From the NCBI GenBank assembly GCA_051942245.1, contig JAVECL010000057.1, forward strand, positions 1 to 64,000: a stretch of 64,000 bases of DNA, read 5' to 3'. Below, in pieces: positions 11,157 to 22,156 of the stretch. The position numbers and the translations under genes were made by a program. Each line of letters opens with the position of its first letter. Position 1 is the first letter of the stretch. The notes under the pieces are model-generated. The model made no database searches. It was not told the origin of the DNA and saw only the letters and a program-made list of their open reading frames with translations. This DNA comes from Trypethelium eluteriae (Eukaryota).

Positions 11157-14100
11157 ATGACCTCCAGCTTTTCTTTCTTTGTACTATTAACTTGTCTCAC
11201 TTTATTCAATGATTTCTCGTGTGAGTAAAGAAGCAATTGTTGTTGGATGCTCTGCTCACAATCAGTAAAGATGGAAGCCAGTCATTGAACGCGACTGGGG
11301 TCTTTAACAGTTCATGCTCCCAATGCTACATCCATTCAACGTCTAAATCGAGAGTCAGTTCCGGCAGTCTTTCGACCAAATCACCTGTGTCGAGTTCTCT
11401 CGGTGTAGGCAGTTACATTCTCCAAGGCCTAGGAACATCATCGACTGAATTGGAGATCGATGTAACCTCAAAGGCCGCATTCATATCCACACTCTCCACC
11501 TCACCCAACGCTACACAGAATTCAACTCTCCCCTTTTCATCATCGAAGAATCTTACAATACCTCTTTCTGGAGCAAATAGCTCGGAGTCTGCTCGCAGTT
11601 GTGCCAGTGCTCTGCAAAGTTATTCTGCTGCCAGTGATGCTTGGTTCAGTAATAATTCCTACTCTACGACTCAAACCTTTTTGCCCAGTGCTGAGGTTAC
11701 CACCACGTACAATTATACTATCACAACATTGTGTGATGGAATACCGAGAGCTATCAATCCTAGCCCCGTCATATACACAACCAAAGGCGGCGGATATCAG
11801 GAGCCTCAGGTTCTGGCACCCCCTTACCCGGTCACAACTCCTTGTACCTTAGGTACACGAGGCTGTGAAATTTTACAAAGTGTATTCACCTCTGACCTTG
11901 CTTCCTATGGTGCCGCTTTGAATGCATACGATAGCTGCCTGAGCTCCCAAGACCAGGACAGAGCTGTCACCGACTCATCTAGGGCATTCGCATGCAATGT
12001 CTCGGGTGAGATAACGTACCCGACAGAACCCACCCCGCCAGCCTGCTCTTTCACGGTCTGCTCAACATGTAACATCATTGCACAATCGGTACGACTACTT
12101 TATTGGCCTTCGACCGCTGTGCCAAACAACCACATTTGTCCAAACACGACGGAGTTGACTACTTTCACTGCGGAGCCAACGGGCATCGGGCCAAATACAC
12201 AAGACTTCGATGGTACTATACTAACTTCTCCAACAGCATATATGTCCTTCGGCGGTGTTGTCGTTTCTTGGTGCTCAAATCAGAGTACCATCAAGACAAA
12301 TACTCTTTTACCGGTCAATCCAAGTGACGTATCCAGCCTGAGATCTGTGCCATGGCCAGGAAATGAACCATTCCCAGGACTTACTGTACCATATATTAAT
12401 TACGACGGACCATATCCCTTCAACTACGGTGACTTGAATACACCAATGCCCTATTCAGCCTACTCTAATGTCTGGTTCTGTTTTGGTGACGCATGGGCTG
12501 AATGTCCGACGATGACTCCCGACAGATACGCTCCAATACTTGCGTATCCTAAAAGCTTCATTCAATCTGTTGATCCTTCACTTTCAACCTGCGTATTGCA
12601 ATATGCATATGCAGGTGTGTATGATCCGCCCCACGCATTACAACAGCAGCCGTCGGCTGCATTGCCTATTTCACAGTCCCCTTACCCAAATCCGCAGACT
12701 CACACTTCATCGAGCGGAGCAGACAAGTCCACGATGGAACCAAGCCCCTCCGCATCTGCAAAACCACCACCACTACCTCCGACACCCTCACGAACGACGC
12801 AACAGCGTCCTACAGCGCCTCCGACAAATATTCCAAACGCTGAACAGCAGGATCCCCATCCGATTCCATCAGGAGGCCCTTCTGGAAGCGATTCAAATCC
12901 ACCTCAGGATGACCCACACCAACCGGTACCAGCAATCCGCCAACCTCCAGGTGGGACCGTGTCATCCAATGTCAACAACGATCCAAAGTCAGATCCTGGC
13001 TCTGACGATGAAGACGACCCTGACACGACTTCTCCTAAGCAGGACTCAGATCCCTTAGATATTTCCAGCAATAGTGGAGACAATCAGGAAGACTCAGGAC
13101 AGAGCGCTGGCAGTAAGATTGCAGGAATAATGAACGACCCTGGAAGAGGTCCCGTGGGGTCTCCAGACCAAGAGACAAACCAGAATCCAGGGAATGTAGC
13201 GGTAGCCAACGTGCTTGGAGATGACGGATCAGACAATGAAGCCGACAAGATTATTTCCATGCTCTCCGATGATGGTTCGAGTTCTGGAACCTCCGGCCAG
13301 GATTCTGGCTCTTTCTCCGACGATTCTAAACCTCCAAATCCACCAGCAATTGCAATCGTGGGAGGACAAACGATGTATCGTGTTCCGAATGATCCAGCTG
13401 CTATAGAAATCGGCAAAGTTACACTTCATCCTGGCGAGCAGACGCGTCTGTTCGGTACTCCTATTTCAATAGGCACTGATCGCGTGGTCGTGGGTAGTGA
13501 CGAGCAAGCCTCGACTATCTCTTTAGCTAAGGATGCGGCGCCTGACGGAGCATCTGTAGCCACAGTGACAATTGGTTCCAGGATCTTGACGGCGCTTCAG
13601 GAGTCTAGCAACGCCATTGTGATTGGGTCTCAAACTGCATCGCTTGGTGGAACTCCAGTGACCGTGGACGGACCTATTTTAAGCTTCGGAAGCAATGGCC
13701 TGGTAGTTGATGGGAGCTCTACAATACCACTGAGCACGCCTGAAGCCGCGTACTCCAGAACAATGATTAAGGCCACAGCAATTATTATTCCTGGCTCCTT
13801 GACAGTATTCGAAGAAAATGACGGAGACATGGTCGTAGGGGCTCAGACCCTTTCGGTTGGTGGGCCGCCTCTCACTATAAATGGCCATGTTCTAAGCGAT
13901 GGGAGTAATAGAGTCGTTGTTGATGGGTCAAAGACGGCGTTGTGGACGCCGGCTCAAGAAGTGGGACTGAAGAGAAAAGAAACACTGATTACAGCGCCAG
14001 ACGGTAAAGTCTTTACTGTGTTCGAGACATCCGGTGCTACAGATGCCGTTGTTGATGGACATACGTTAAATGTGGGAGGAGCAGATGCGACAATTGATGG

Positions 14101-14368
14101 GGATGTCGTTTCCTTAGCGTCTGGGGGATTGGTCGTGAACGGAAGTGTCACGGAAGTGCTTATAACGGCAACAACAGTGCAGGGCTCATCCTTAGACGGA
14201 GCAGCAGGAAGTATAGTTGATGTCAAGAGCACCGAGATGAGCAGTCCGACCTCAGGGGTTACAGCCAGCTCTACAGCAGCAAGTACGGCCTCGAGACTCC
14301 CATTCCTATCTTTGGAAATCGTCATTTCCACGTCTCTCCTTGCTTTCCTGTCCCAGATCTACAGTTGA
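11157..14368 (+). CDS. Secreted, probably GPI-anchored Ser/Thr/Pro-rich cell-surface protein with a Cys-rich domain and C-terminal beta-type repeats
   Basis: Signal exon MTSSFSFFVLLTCLTLF, then a GTGAGT intron, then a 1043-aa ORF: Cys-rich region (CxxC..VRLLYWP..TLTSPTAYMSF), Pro/Asp-rich linker, repeats like QTLSVGGPPLTINGHVLS, and a hydrophobic C-terminus. Confidence 0.8.
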
Positions 14369-14717
14369 ACATAGGTTCAAAAAAAGGGTAAATAGTTGAT
14401 GGAACCGAAATTGCTCTGGGAGACGGATATTGTCCCTGAGACTGCACATAGCTCGCGATGGTGTTGTCCAATGATGTCAAATCGGAGCATTTATAGGATG
14501 GCAAGAAAGAGCGCCTTCACATTTTATTCCTATTTGAGCATCCAAAATTGAGGAGACTGGGTTGAGGGTGGGAATAAACAGTCGCCCACCACTATATCTA
14601 GGTGAGTTTGTGTTTGCTATTGTTAACTAGCAATCTCTACCGCCTAACTCTCGATAATCAGCATTCGATGCATGTTCATGCAGTCTAGTCTAGGCAAGAA
14701 GTCTGAAAACCCACCAC

Positions 14718-17700
14718 TCAAGCTCCAATATGCACAAAACTCGCCCAAGCCAACACATCCTCCGCCGCGTTCCCCCTGCCTACTTTTCGCCCTCGACAAG
14801 CTGCCGTAGCCGCATACAACGCCCTCGCCACCCTCTCAGTCTCCTTTTGCCCCTTTCTCTCCTCCTCTTCCGTCCGCTCATCCTCCCTGACCCCCATTAA
14901 AAGCTCCTTATAAAACTCACTCGCAACCACCACCGCCGCCCTATCATCCGCTTCCCACAAAGTCCCCACCACGCTCGGGAACCCCAGCAGCTGGAACGCC
15001 GTCGCCAAGTGGATATTCTCATCAATGAGCTTCAAGTCATACTGCTGCGCGGTGCAGCACGCAGAGAGGTACGCCAGCCGCGGCGATTGCTGAGCTGGAG
15101 ATCCCGAGGTGAGCTGTGCATTTCGCAGGGTGCGTACAGGGAGCAATTCTGGGTCCGGCGCTGTGGGATCCGCTCCAAGGAGAAGCGAAGTGTTGGAAGG
15201 GTCGGATAGGGACGGTTCGGCGTGGCAGGCGAAGTGGAGGATCGAAGCTGTGTTGCTGCCGGCTTGGGCGACGACAGTGGCGGCGGGGGGTTGGCGGAGC
15301 TCGATTAGGCCAGGAGATGGGGAAGAGGGGTCTGCTGAGGCTTCGGAAGAGCCGAATGCTTCCCTGATGGCGCTGGACTCGCCTTCAGTCTGGAGAGGGG
15401 CGAGACCGCCTGCGGTTTGGGGCATGGTGATGAGAGCCATAGTGGGACGAGTTGTTTGGACTTTGGCTTGGCATTGCCGGGCAAATGCAAGGGCTGAGAA
15501 GCTGGAGATGTAGGAGGAGATGACGTGAGCATACACGTTCTCTAAAGGAGCTGTATGGCCTTTCCCCGCTGCGTGTAGGGGTAAGAGGCCCAAAGGACCG
15601 CTTGTAACCCACCAGAGGCGAGTACTTGGGGGGAAGTCAGTGTCTTTTAAAAGTTCGAGATGCTTCAGCACGGGATGGACAGCATTATCCCATAGCCAAG
15701 CTAGTAAGTTCCGCATTTTCTTGTTCGCCAGCGCTCTTTTTGAGGGAGCTGATTTACTGAGTCGTGATGATCCGATTACCATGCCTATTCGCTTCTTGAT
15801 CTCAAAATTTTGCAGGCTAGGCAAAGGCAATGCTTCAATTCCCCCTGGAGTAACAATGACTGCATCACAGCGCTGGTCGACTGTACAGAAAGATACCAGG
15901 GGTCCATCTGCTGCCAATTCTCGAATCTTCTCCGCTGAGAGGCTTTGGTTGAAGCCACTTAGTCCAGGCAAATCACGAATTTGTCTTTCAATCTCTTCTA
16001 GCTCAGTCAGCTCTATAGTACGCTTTGATACAATGTCCTGCCTTTGGGATGTCGTAGTCTCCGTAGTCGGAAACGGCTGGGAGATTGCATCGCGCAGAAA
16101 GACGTATCGGGAATGCAATTTCGGATCAGCCTCCTTCACCTCTGAGAGATCAGCGTGGTTTCCCATTGTGATGTTGGCCATGATGCCTCGGCCAGCTTCA
16201 AGGATCTCTATTGCTTGCTCGGGCTTTCCCGCCGAGATTAAAGCTGCGCAACCAAGAGATGAAATGCCCGACAAACCACGTAGCTGACGTTGGCGGTCAT
16301 TCTCATCCAGGGACAACGGACTAGTCTTCCTAAATAGGCGCACACTCTCTGATAGTGTCTTACTAGCTACATCCCAGTTTTTTAATTGCATATTAAGATA
16401 TCCACACAACTCGCCATTCTTGATTCTGCTTAGCGGCGGCACGTAAGTCTTTGAGAAGGCTCGCTCATACGTCGTGGCTGAGAGTTGAAGCTGAGCCAGA
16501 ATCTTCGGCTCGTCCGACTCGTCCATGAACATGCCCAGCATTAACTGCCTTGTGGCCAGCTGCATTAGATAATCGGGCAGATCAGGATGTTTCTCCGGAG
16601 TTGCGTTAACACTCTGCAACGCCAGGTCGTGAGCCTCTCTCAAATACTCATGCTTCTCTGCCTTGTCTGCAGAGCATTCGTATTTAGAATATAGTCTAAG
16701 TCCGAGGTTGTGGAGAAAGGCGGGCCGGGAGGGATTGGAAGTGGGCACCTTCGCAACAACCTTCCTGCCAATTTCAATGGCCTTATCCAGATCTCCTAGA
16801 TCACGAATTGCGTGATACCTGGAGAATAGTACATTCGAAAAGGTCGTTAAATAGATAATCTCAGATGAAGAGCCCTCATGAGAAACTGAAACAGCATCCG
16901 AGATTGCTTGTATTGCTTTGCTCAAGTCCGCAGTATTATTACTCCTCTGGAACCGGGAATTTAAGCGATTGCATAGTCCGTTCAAGTAGGTAGGTCGCTC
17001 GATATGACCAATTGGAGACCCTTCAACAGCACTTTCTGATGCGGTGACAGCCTCATCTAAGTCTTGTGAGCTTCCAGTGAGCCTGCTCCGCCTAGATAAG
17101 CTTAGACTCAATCCATCGAGGATCATACATCGATCGGGATCGTCCTTTGATATGTTACTTGCAGCCTCTCTCTCCAACTCGATGCTCTCGTCCAAATATC
17201 TGATGCTTCCATAGTATTCGAAGTGATCTCTCAGACTAAGGGCGACTCCGTGTAAAGCAGTAGGTCGTTCCTTGTGGTCTGGAGGCAACGCCGTTAACAC
17301 ATTTCGCTGTGCGTTCAGCGAGTCACTTAGATTCTGCAAACCACCAAAGAGTTTAAACTTGGTCCTTAGCATATTCCCGAGTGTGCGGTATGCCCCAGCT
17401 TCCAGCGCGGAAAGTCCATGCGCAAGTTCCATTCTCTCCCTTCCATAATTGATCGCGGCATCCATATCCTGCTCTGACATTTCCATCTCGGCACGGGAGG
17501 CCAGTCTTTGACTAAGGCTATCAAGAAAATGGCCTTTAAGAGCACTGTCATTTCCAACTAGACTCAGGGCGGCCTGTTCTGCTTCCACAGCCCGATTGAG
17601 GTCGTCAACGCTGGAGGACCACCTGTATCTTGCGTTGTATACTTTGCTTTTAGTGTGTCTGAGCTTGGCAAGATCATTTGGATTCGTCGTGTCCTTTTCA

Positions 17701-18524
17701 ACGGATATCAATGATTTGAGAGCCTCTTCAATCTCTAAAGGACTATTTGTCATGTCTGCGAGATCGATGATTGAGTCCGCAACCATCCTGACTGCCTTGG
17801 CATGAAGCGTGTGGCCCAGTGGAACTGCGTCAGCAGCGGCTTTGAAATGCTCCTTGGCAGAAACGAGGTCTGCGACCCGGCCATATCGATGAGAACGGTT
17901 CTTGAGATCGCCAGCAAGGTTATAAACATACACAGCGTACATGTCATCTGCCTTGGGTGTCTTGTGGACGAGGCCCTGTGCAAGCTGGATAGCTTCATTG
18001 AGATATTTCTCATCAGAGTCAATGTAGTCAAAGTACAATCCTAGACGGGATGCCAGAGTAGATTGTGCGGCGTCATGATATTCACCGTCTTCACTGGAAT
18101 AAGCAACGGCGGCACGAGCAATTTCGAGCGCTTCCTCAAAATCAACTCGATCGGTTGCGCCCTTAGCGAAGTAACGCTCAGATAAGGCATCGCTCAGGTT
18201 CGAACAGCATAGTGACCGCAATTCCGACGGCGATGGAGCGGCCACAAGGCTCAATCTTCCTGCTTCAACAGCATCGTCCAGATGGCTGGTACCACCCGTT
18301 GCCTCGTAAAGCATCCGATAGCATCGACCGAGATTGTTGAGATAAGCTGCCCGAGCAGCACTCTCCGCAAGAGACTCTGTCGCGGTCAACTCCACTGCTT
18401 TCTGAATGGATCCTAGCGCGCTTTGAAGAACTTCAAGGTTCGAGGTTCGACGATATTTTTCTGCGAGTTCATGATATCTCCGGTTGAGCTCTCCAGCTCC
18501 TGGGGCTTCCTCAGCACTACCCAT
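14718..18524 (-). CDS. TPR-repeat CHAT-domain (caspase/separase-like, clan CD) cysteine protease, intronless, 1268 aa
   Basis: Repeated DLDxAI..AV...P..HP.R..YL..L...L..RF helical units. CHAT motifs LLAWLWDNAVHPVL, RLWWVTSGPLGLLPLHAAG, ILHFACHA (His), AYLSACCTA (Cys), DENIHLATAFQLLGFPSVVGTLW and WASFVHIGA. Confidence 0.93.
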   Translation of the reverse strand: MGSAEEAPGAGELNRRYHELAEKYRRTSNLEVLQSALGSIQKAVELTATESLAESAARAAYLNNLGRCYRMLYEATGGTSHLDDAVEAGRLSLVAAPSPSELRSLCCSNLSDALSERYFAKGATDRVDFEEALEIARAAVAYSSEDGEYHDAAQSTLASRLGLYFDYIDSDEKYLNEAIQLAQGLVHKTPKADDMYAVYVYNLAGDLKNRSHRYGRVADLVSAKEHFKAAADAVPLGHTLHAKAVRMVADSIIDLADMTNSPLEIEEALKSLISVEKDTTNPNDLAKLRHTKSKVYNARYRWSSSVDDLNRAVEAEQAALSLVGNDSALKGHFLDSLSQRLASRAEMEMSEQDMDAAINYGRERMELAHGLSALEAGAYRTLGNMLRTKFKLFGGLQNLSDSLNAQRNVLTALPPDHKERPTALHGVALSLRDHFEYYGSIRYLDESIELEREAASNISKDDPDRCMILDGLSLSLSRRSRLTGSSQDLDEAVTASESAVEGSPIGHIERPTYLNGLCNRLNSRFQRSNNTADLSKAIQAISDAVSVSHEGSSSEIIYLTTFSNVLFSRYHAIRDLGDLDKAIEIGRKVVAKVPTSNPSRPAFLHNLGLRLYSKYECSADKAEKHEYLREAHDLALQSVNATPEKHPDLPDYLMQLATRQLMLGMFMDESDEPKILAQLQLSATTYERAFSKTYVPPLSRIKNGELCGYLNMQLKNWDVASKTLSESVRLFRKTSPLSLDENDRQRQLRGLSGISSLGCAALISAGKPEQAIEILEAGRGIMANITMGNHADLSEVKEADPKLHSRYVFLRDAISQPFPTTETTTSQRQDIVSKRTIELTELEEIERQIRDLPGLSGFNQSLSAEKIRELAADGPLVSFCTVDQRCDAVIVTPGGIEALPLPSLQNFEIKKRIGMVIGSSRLSKSAPSKRALANKKMRNLLAWLWDNAVHPVLKHLELLKDTDFPPSTRLWWVTSGPLGLLPLHAAGKGHTAPLENVYAHVISSYISSFSALAFARQCQAKVQTTRPTMALITMPQTAGGLAPLQTEGESSAIREAFGSSEASADPSSPSPGLIELRQPPAATVVAQAGSNTASILHFACHAEPSLSDPSNTSLLLGADPTAPDPELLPVRTLRNAQLTSGSPAQQSPRLAYLSACCTAQQYDLKLIDENIHLATAFQLLGFPSVVGTLWEADDRAAVVVASEFYKELLMGVREDERTEEEERKGQKETERVARALYAATAACRGRKVGRGNAAEDVLAWASFVHIGA

Positions 18525-19294
18525 TGTTGCTGACTGTAACTAAGAACTTCCTTATCGAGACACAGCTCAAGAAAGGAGAAATGCAATCGGAGAGAGCCGC
18601 GGTAAAATATTAGCAGGCAAAATTCAATACAAAGGATTGATGAATCTGTATTTGACAGTATTGTTGGGCACAGACTTTGACAGATTGGCCTTGTATAGGC
18701 GTGGGGTTTCTGGCAGAAGTTCTCTTGAGTTGCGAACACATGAAAAATTTCAGCACGATCTTTCACGTAGGAGTTGGAATCAGCTACAACGTAGTTCTGC
18801 AAGAATCATGTTTCGTTTCTCACTTCCTTCCTATATCACCTCCGTCAGCTCGACAAAATTTCAGAGCATCAAAGCATTTCGGACTTTGCCATTGAAGCTC
18901 CAGAGAATGTGTATTAAATGCTCTTCTCCCTCTTGAAAGCTGAATCAAAATATGATGGGTAGGAAAATAATGAGACATTAGCGGAGATGATAGCAGGGAA
19001 AGAAAAATGAAATGCTGACGGGGGCAGTCGAACCTGAAATTGGCCCCCACCTAGGAAAACCGTCTTGGTCTCGGCTTTAGCTGGACGCGTCTCCTTCATC
19101 GCGTGGTCTATCTCTTGTCTTTTCTTGGTGTCTCAGCTGGCCTGGCCGCAACGTTCGACTAACCACCCGGCTGTTGCGCCTTGAACATCAAGTTCCGGAA
19201 AGCCTGGAAGACCCTTTCGTAAGAGACGCCTCTTCGTTTCCAAAATAGAGTCATCAACTGATCCAGTGTCATCATTCCCTTCACAAATGAACAC

Positions 19295-19630
19295 ACAGTC
19301 GCGCGTTGAGATGTGCCATTCTTTACCCCGTACGTCCGACCAGAGTAGAAAATGTCGGAATCTGACACACGGACCAACAACAAATCATAACAACGTCCTC
19401 ACGCTTCTATACCTCCTACATCCCTCGTCTTATTTATTTTTGGTGTCACAATAGCTGCTGTAAAAGGTTGCACGAAGTTCGCAGAGCGAACAGCAAGATG
19501 AGCAAATATTAAATCACCAGATTGGCTGAGATGAGAGGTTTTAGGGTGTGGTGGTCCGTGTCAAACTCGGACATTTTCTAGTCGGACGCAGAGCCATGAA
19601 AGAATGGGACGTCAGTCTTCGCATGACAGT
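19295..19630. repeat. Degenerate inverted repeat (arms about 19295-19378 and 19549-19630, spacer about 170 bp) in the CHAT/gasdermin intergenic region
   Basis: Left arm: GATGTGCCATTCTTT..CGTCCGAC..TAGAAAATGTCGGAATCTGACACACGGACCA. Reverse complement of right arm: GACGTCCCATTCTTT..CGTCCGACTAGAAAATGTCCGAGTTTGACACGGACCA. Confidence 0.8.
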
Positions 19631-19920
19631 ACGGAGTAGTTTCGAGCCAGCGAGTCACCATGAGTGGGGCACTATTCTAAGACTGTACTAGATGTTAGGG
19701 CGGAGGGGAAATTTACTAGGCTAGCGTTAGACCATACGTAGCTATAGCCAAGGATTAATAGATGCAATTTCTCTACCCTTGCTGAAAGCTTTATGTGACT
19801 CGATGTCGCGCATTGTCTAAGTCAATCAACGAGCTGCTTGCACATTCTCTCCACTACGTAACTGGTATCGAGGAATTCCTTGAAGCCACAAAAGGCTGTC
19901 AGGGTAGACCAGTGTACACT

Positions 19921-20841
19921 ATGGCGTCCCAACTAATGCTTTTGAACGAGTTCCTTCCCGCAAATGCACTGAATTTGGGTGGCCTTGTCGAGTCGGTCAA
20001 GAATCCGGTCATGGATGCGTACATGCCTAAGATCCCTTTGCTGGAGGACTCGATTCTTTCTATGCCTGCGAAGTCATTCCAAGCACTCCTGTCGTCCAAC
20101 AATTCAACATCTTTTCGACTAGCATTAACAAAATTGCTGAAAACCTCCCACAACATACAAGATGGATCTGACGTATCTTTGCAATCAATGAAAGTCAACC
20201 GCTATCAGCTCAAGCAACCCAAGCAGATCTTTAAGAAACTCTGTCAAGAGGATGAAGAAGCTCGAAACTGGTTGAATGACGGGATCCAAGCTGGCAATAA
20301 GAGCTACTTAGTAGTGGAGCTGCAGATTGCCGAAAATCCTACACTGTCGGCAAAGAAGACCAAGAGCCACCAAACAGACGCGGACGTGACGGTGCCTGTC
20401 AGCACGATCGCCACCGGTGGTGCAGATATCTTGGGGGTCGGAGCTGCACTCGACGTTGGTGTCGGCGCAGGCTATCTCAGATCCACAGAGAACCAGAAGA
20501 GCATGAGCTTAGAGGGTGGAGGCATCTTTGCTATTGGCTACAAGAAGGTCATGTGGAAGAGCTGGGGCTTCAAGAAGAAAGAAATCGACAAAGCTGTTCT
20601 GGACGATGAGATCACGTGGTCAATACTTGGTGAGAAGCGCGGAACTTCAGAGGCGGAGGAGTTCGGAAGCCTGGACCTTGTAGATGACCTCGCTGCTAAA
20701 GATGACAGGGAAATGACTGATGAAGAAGACGGGGAGGACGAGGAAGACGATGAGGACGAGGTGGTAAAGTTACTCAAAAATGGAGCCGAGGTGGATGGCC
20801 AGACGTATCTAATCCCTGGAGGACTAGAGGAAGGAGAATGA
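19921..20841 (+). CDS. Fungal gasdermin-like pore-forming protein (RCD-1/HET-Q1 family) with an acidic C-terminal tail, 306 aa
   Basis: Family-like motifs in order: LNLGGLVESVKNP.MD, YQLKQPKQIFKKLC..EARNWL, YLVVELQ, VTVPVS..Gly-rich hairpin..LDVGVGAG, IFAIGYKKV, then a D/E-rich tail. The size and the adjacent protease gene fit this family. Confidence 0.82.
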   Translation: MASQLMLLNEFLPANALNLGGLVESVKNPVMDAYMPKIPLLEDSILSMPAKSFQALLSSNNSTSFRLALTKLLKTSHNIQDGSDVSLQSMKVNRYQLKQPKQIFKKLCQEDEEARNWLNDGIQAGNKSYLVVELQIAENPTLSAKKTKSHQTDADVTVPVSTIATGGADILGVGAALDVGVGAGYLRSTENQKSMSLEGGGIFAIGYKKVMWKSWGFKKKEIDKAVLDDEITWSILGEKRGTSEAEEFGSLDLVDDLAAKDDREMTDEEDGEDEEDDEDEVVKLLKNGAEVDGQTYLIPGGLEEGE

Positions 20842-21378
20842 GTCCAATGTATGTCAAGTGTCAAGGACTGGAGGATAGAAGATTGCTTACAAAAAGGGAG
20901 AATCATACAGAGTGATTATGTTCGGAGTTCATACATGAATAGGATTGACCATGAGATTGATCATAAGAAGAGCGACTTATTCTATGGTGATACACGGTAG
21001 CTTGATACCTCTATATGGTATCTGAAGATACATTCAATGCAAAGATGACTCAGCTCGTACTGGACGGGGTTGTGCCGGACTGATATCATTTCATTCGCTG
21101 GTCCGCGTGACTTGACGTGGGAAATACATCGAGACCCAATCAGAAGCGGTAGCTTTCCTTCGTGATCTCATTTCGCCGAAGTAGTATCCAGTGTCCTGTT
21201 TGATTCTGTCATTCTAGGACCGCGACAAGTAACGTAATCGCCAGGTATTCTACAAAAACAGTAAGCAAGCGGGGTAGGTTAACTATTCCGTTCATCATTG
21301 CGTATGTATCTTGGCGGAAGAGACCTCTTAATTTGCGCGTTGGTTGTGGAAAAGAGGAGTTTAGGTGTCTTAAATCGT

Positions 21379-22156
21379 TTATAAGTCCTTCTCGTCAACA
21401 TAGGTTGTCTCCTTTTTCTTTTCAGACATGGGGCGTTCCTTGCCAGAGAAGTCCCACTGGTTCAGGTACCCAGCGCCAGCCTGTAGATCAAATCAGTACA
21501 AATTCTATCCTCGTGCATCCGAAGTTCTTCGAGAAAGATCCATACGCTTAGGTATGTGGCAAATCCAAGCCAGCCAAGGTAAGGCGCTAATGCCCAACCG
21601 GCAACCTCATCAACTTGTCCCCATACATATGCAAGGTAGCCAGTGACTCCAGTGAGGGCAACGATGTCTGCAGTAGCTTCAATTGGTCGCTTGAAGCCAA
21701 AAAACAGTGGCATCCAGATCAGATTCAGCCCAAGTTGGATGGTGTACAATGTTGCTCCTTGCTATAACGATCCCATTAGCAGAGGATGTTTTTTGGTGCC
21801 GAGTAGAGCTGACCTTTGCAAGAGAGACTTTCCGCACGTCGAAGGAGTTCATGCCAGTGGTCCATGCTCGATATGCAGAGTATCCCATGCAAGCATATAG
21901 GACTGTCCACATTGGACCGAATATCTGGGGAGGAGGATGATATGGTGGTTGCTTAAGTGCAAGGTACTTTTCTTGGGTTCGCTTCGCTAGACGGAAAAGG
22001 ACATGAGCAGTGAGATAATTGAATCGTTCGCAAGAATATCTTACGTGAAACACTGAAGCCAATCGCGGTCCCAAGACCAACAGGGAGAAGGATTGAAGCC
22101 GCGGGCTTCTCCAGGATGAAACCCGGGATAGTGATGGAGGGAATGTAGGCGGTCAT
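21379..22156 (-). CDS. tspO: TspO/MBR translocator protein
   Basis: YLALKQPPYHPPPQIFGPMWTVLYACMGYSAYRAW, LYTIQLGLNLIWMPLFFG and LAPYLGWLGFATYL. Three introns. Confidence 0.92.

Noticed and set aside
19795..19920. N-terminal extension of the gasdermin ORF in the ORF track
   Set aside because: It starts at GTG. The first in-frame ATG is at 19921 and gives a family-typical length.
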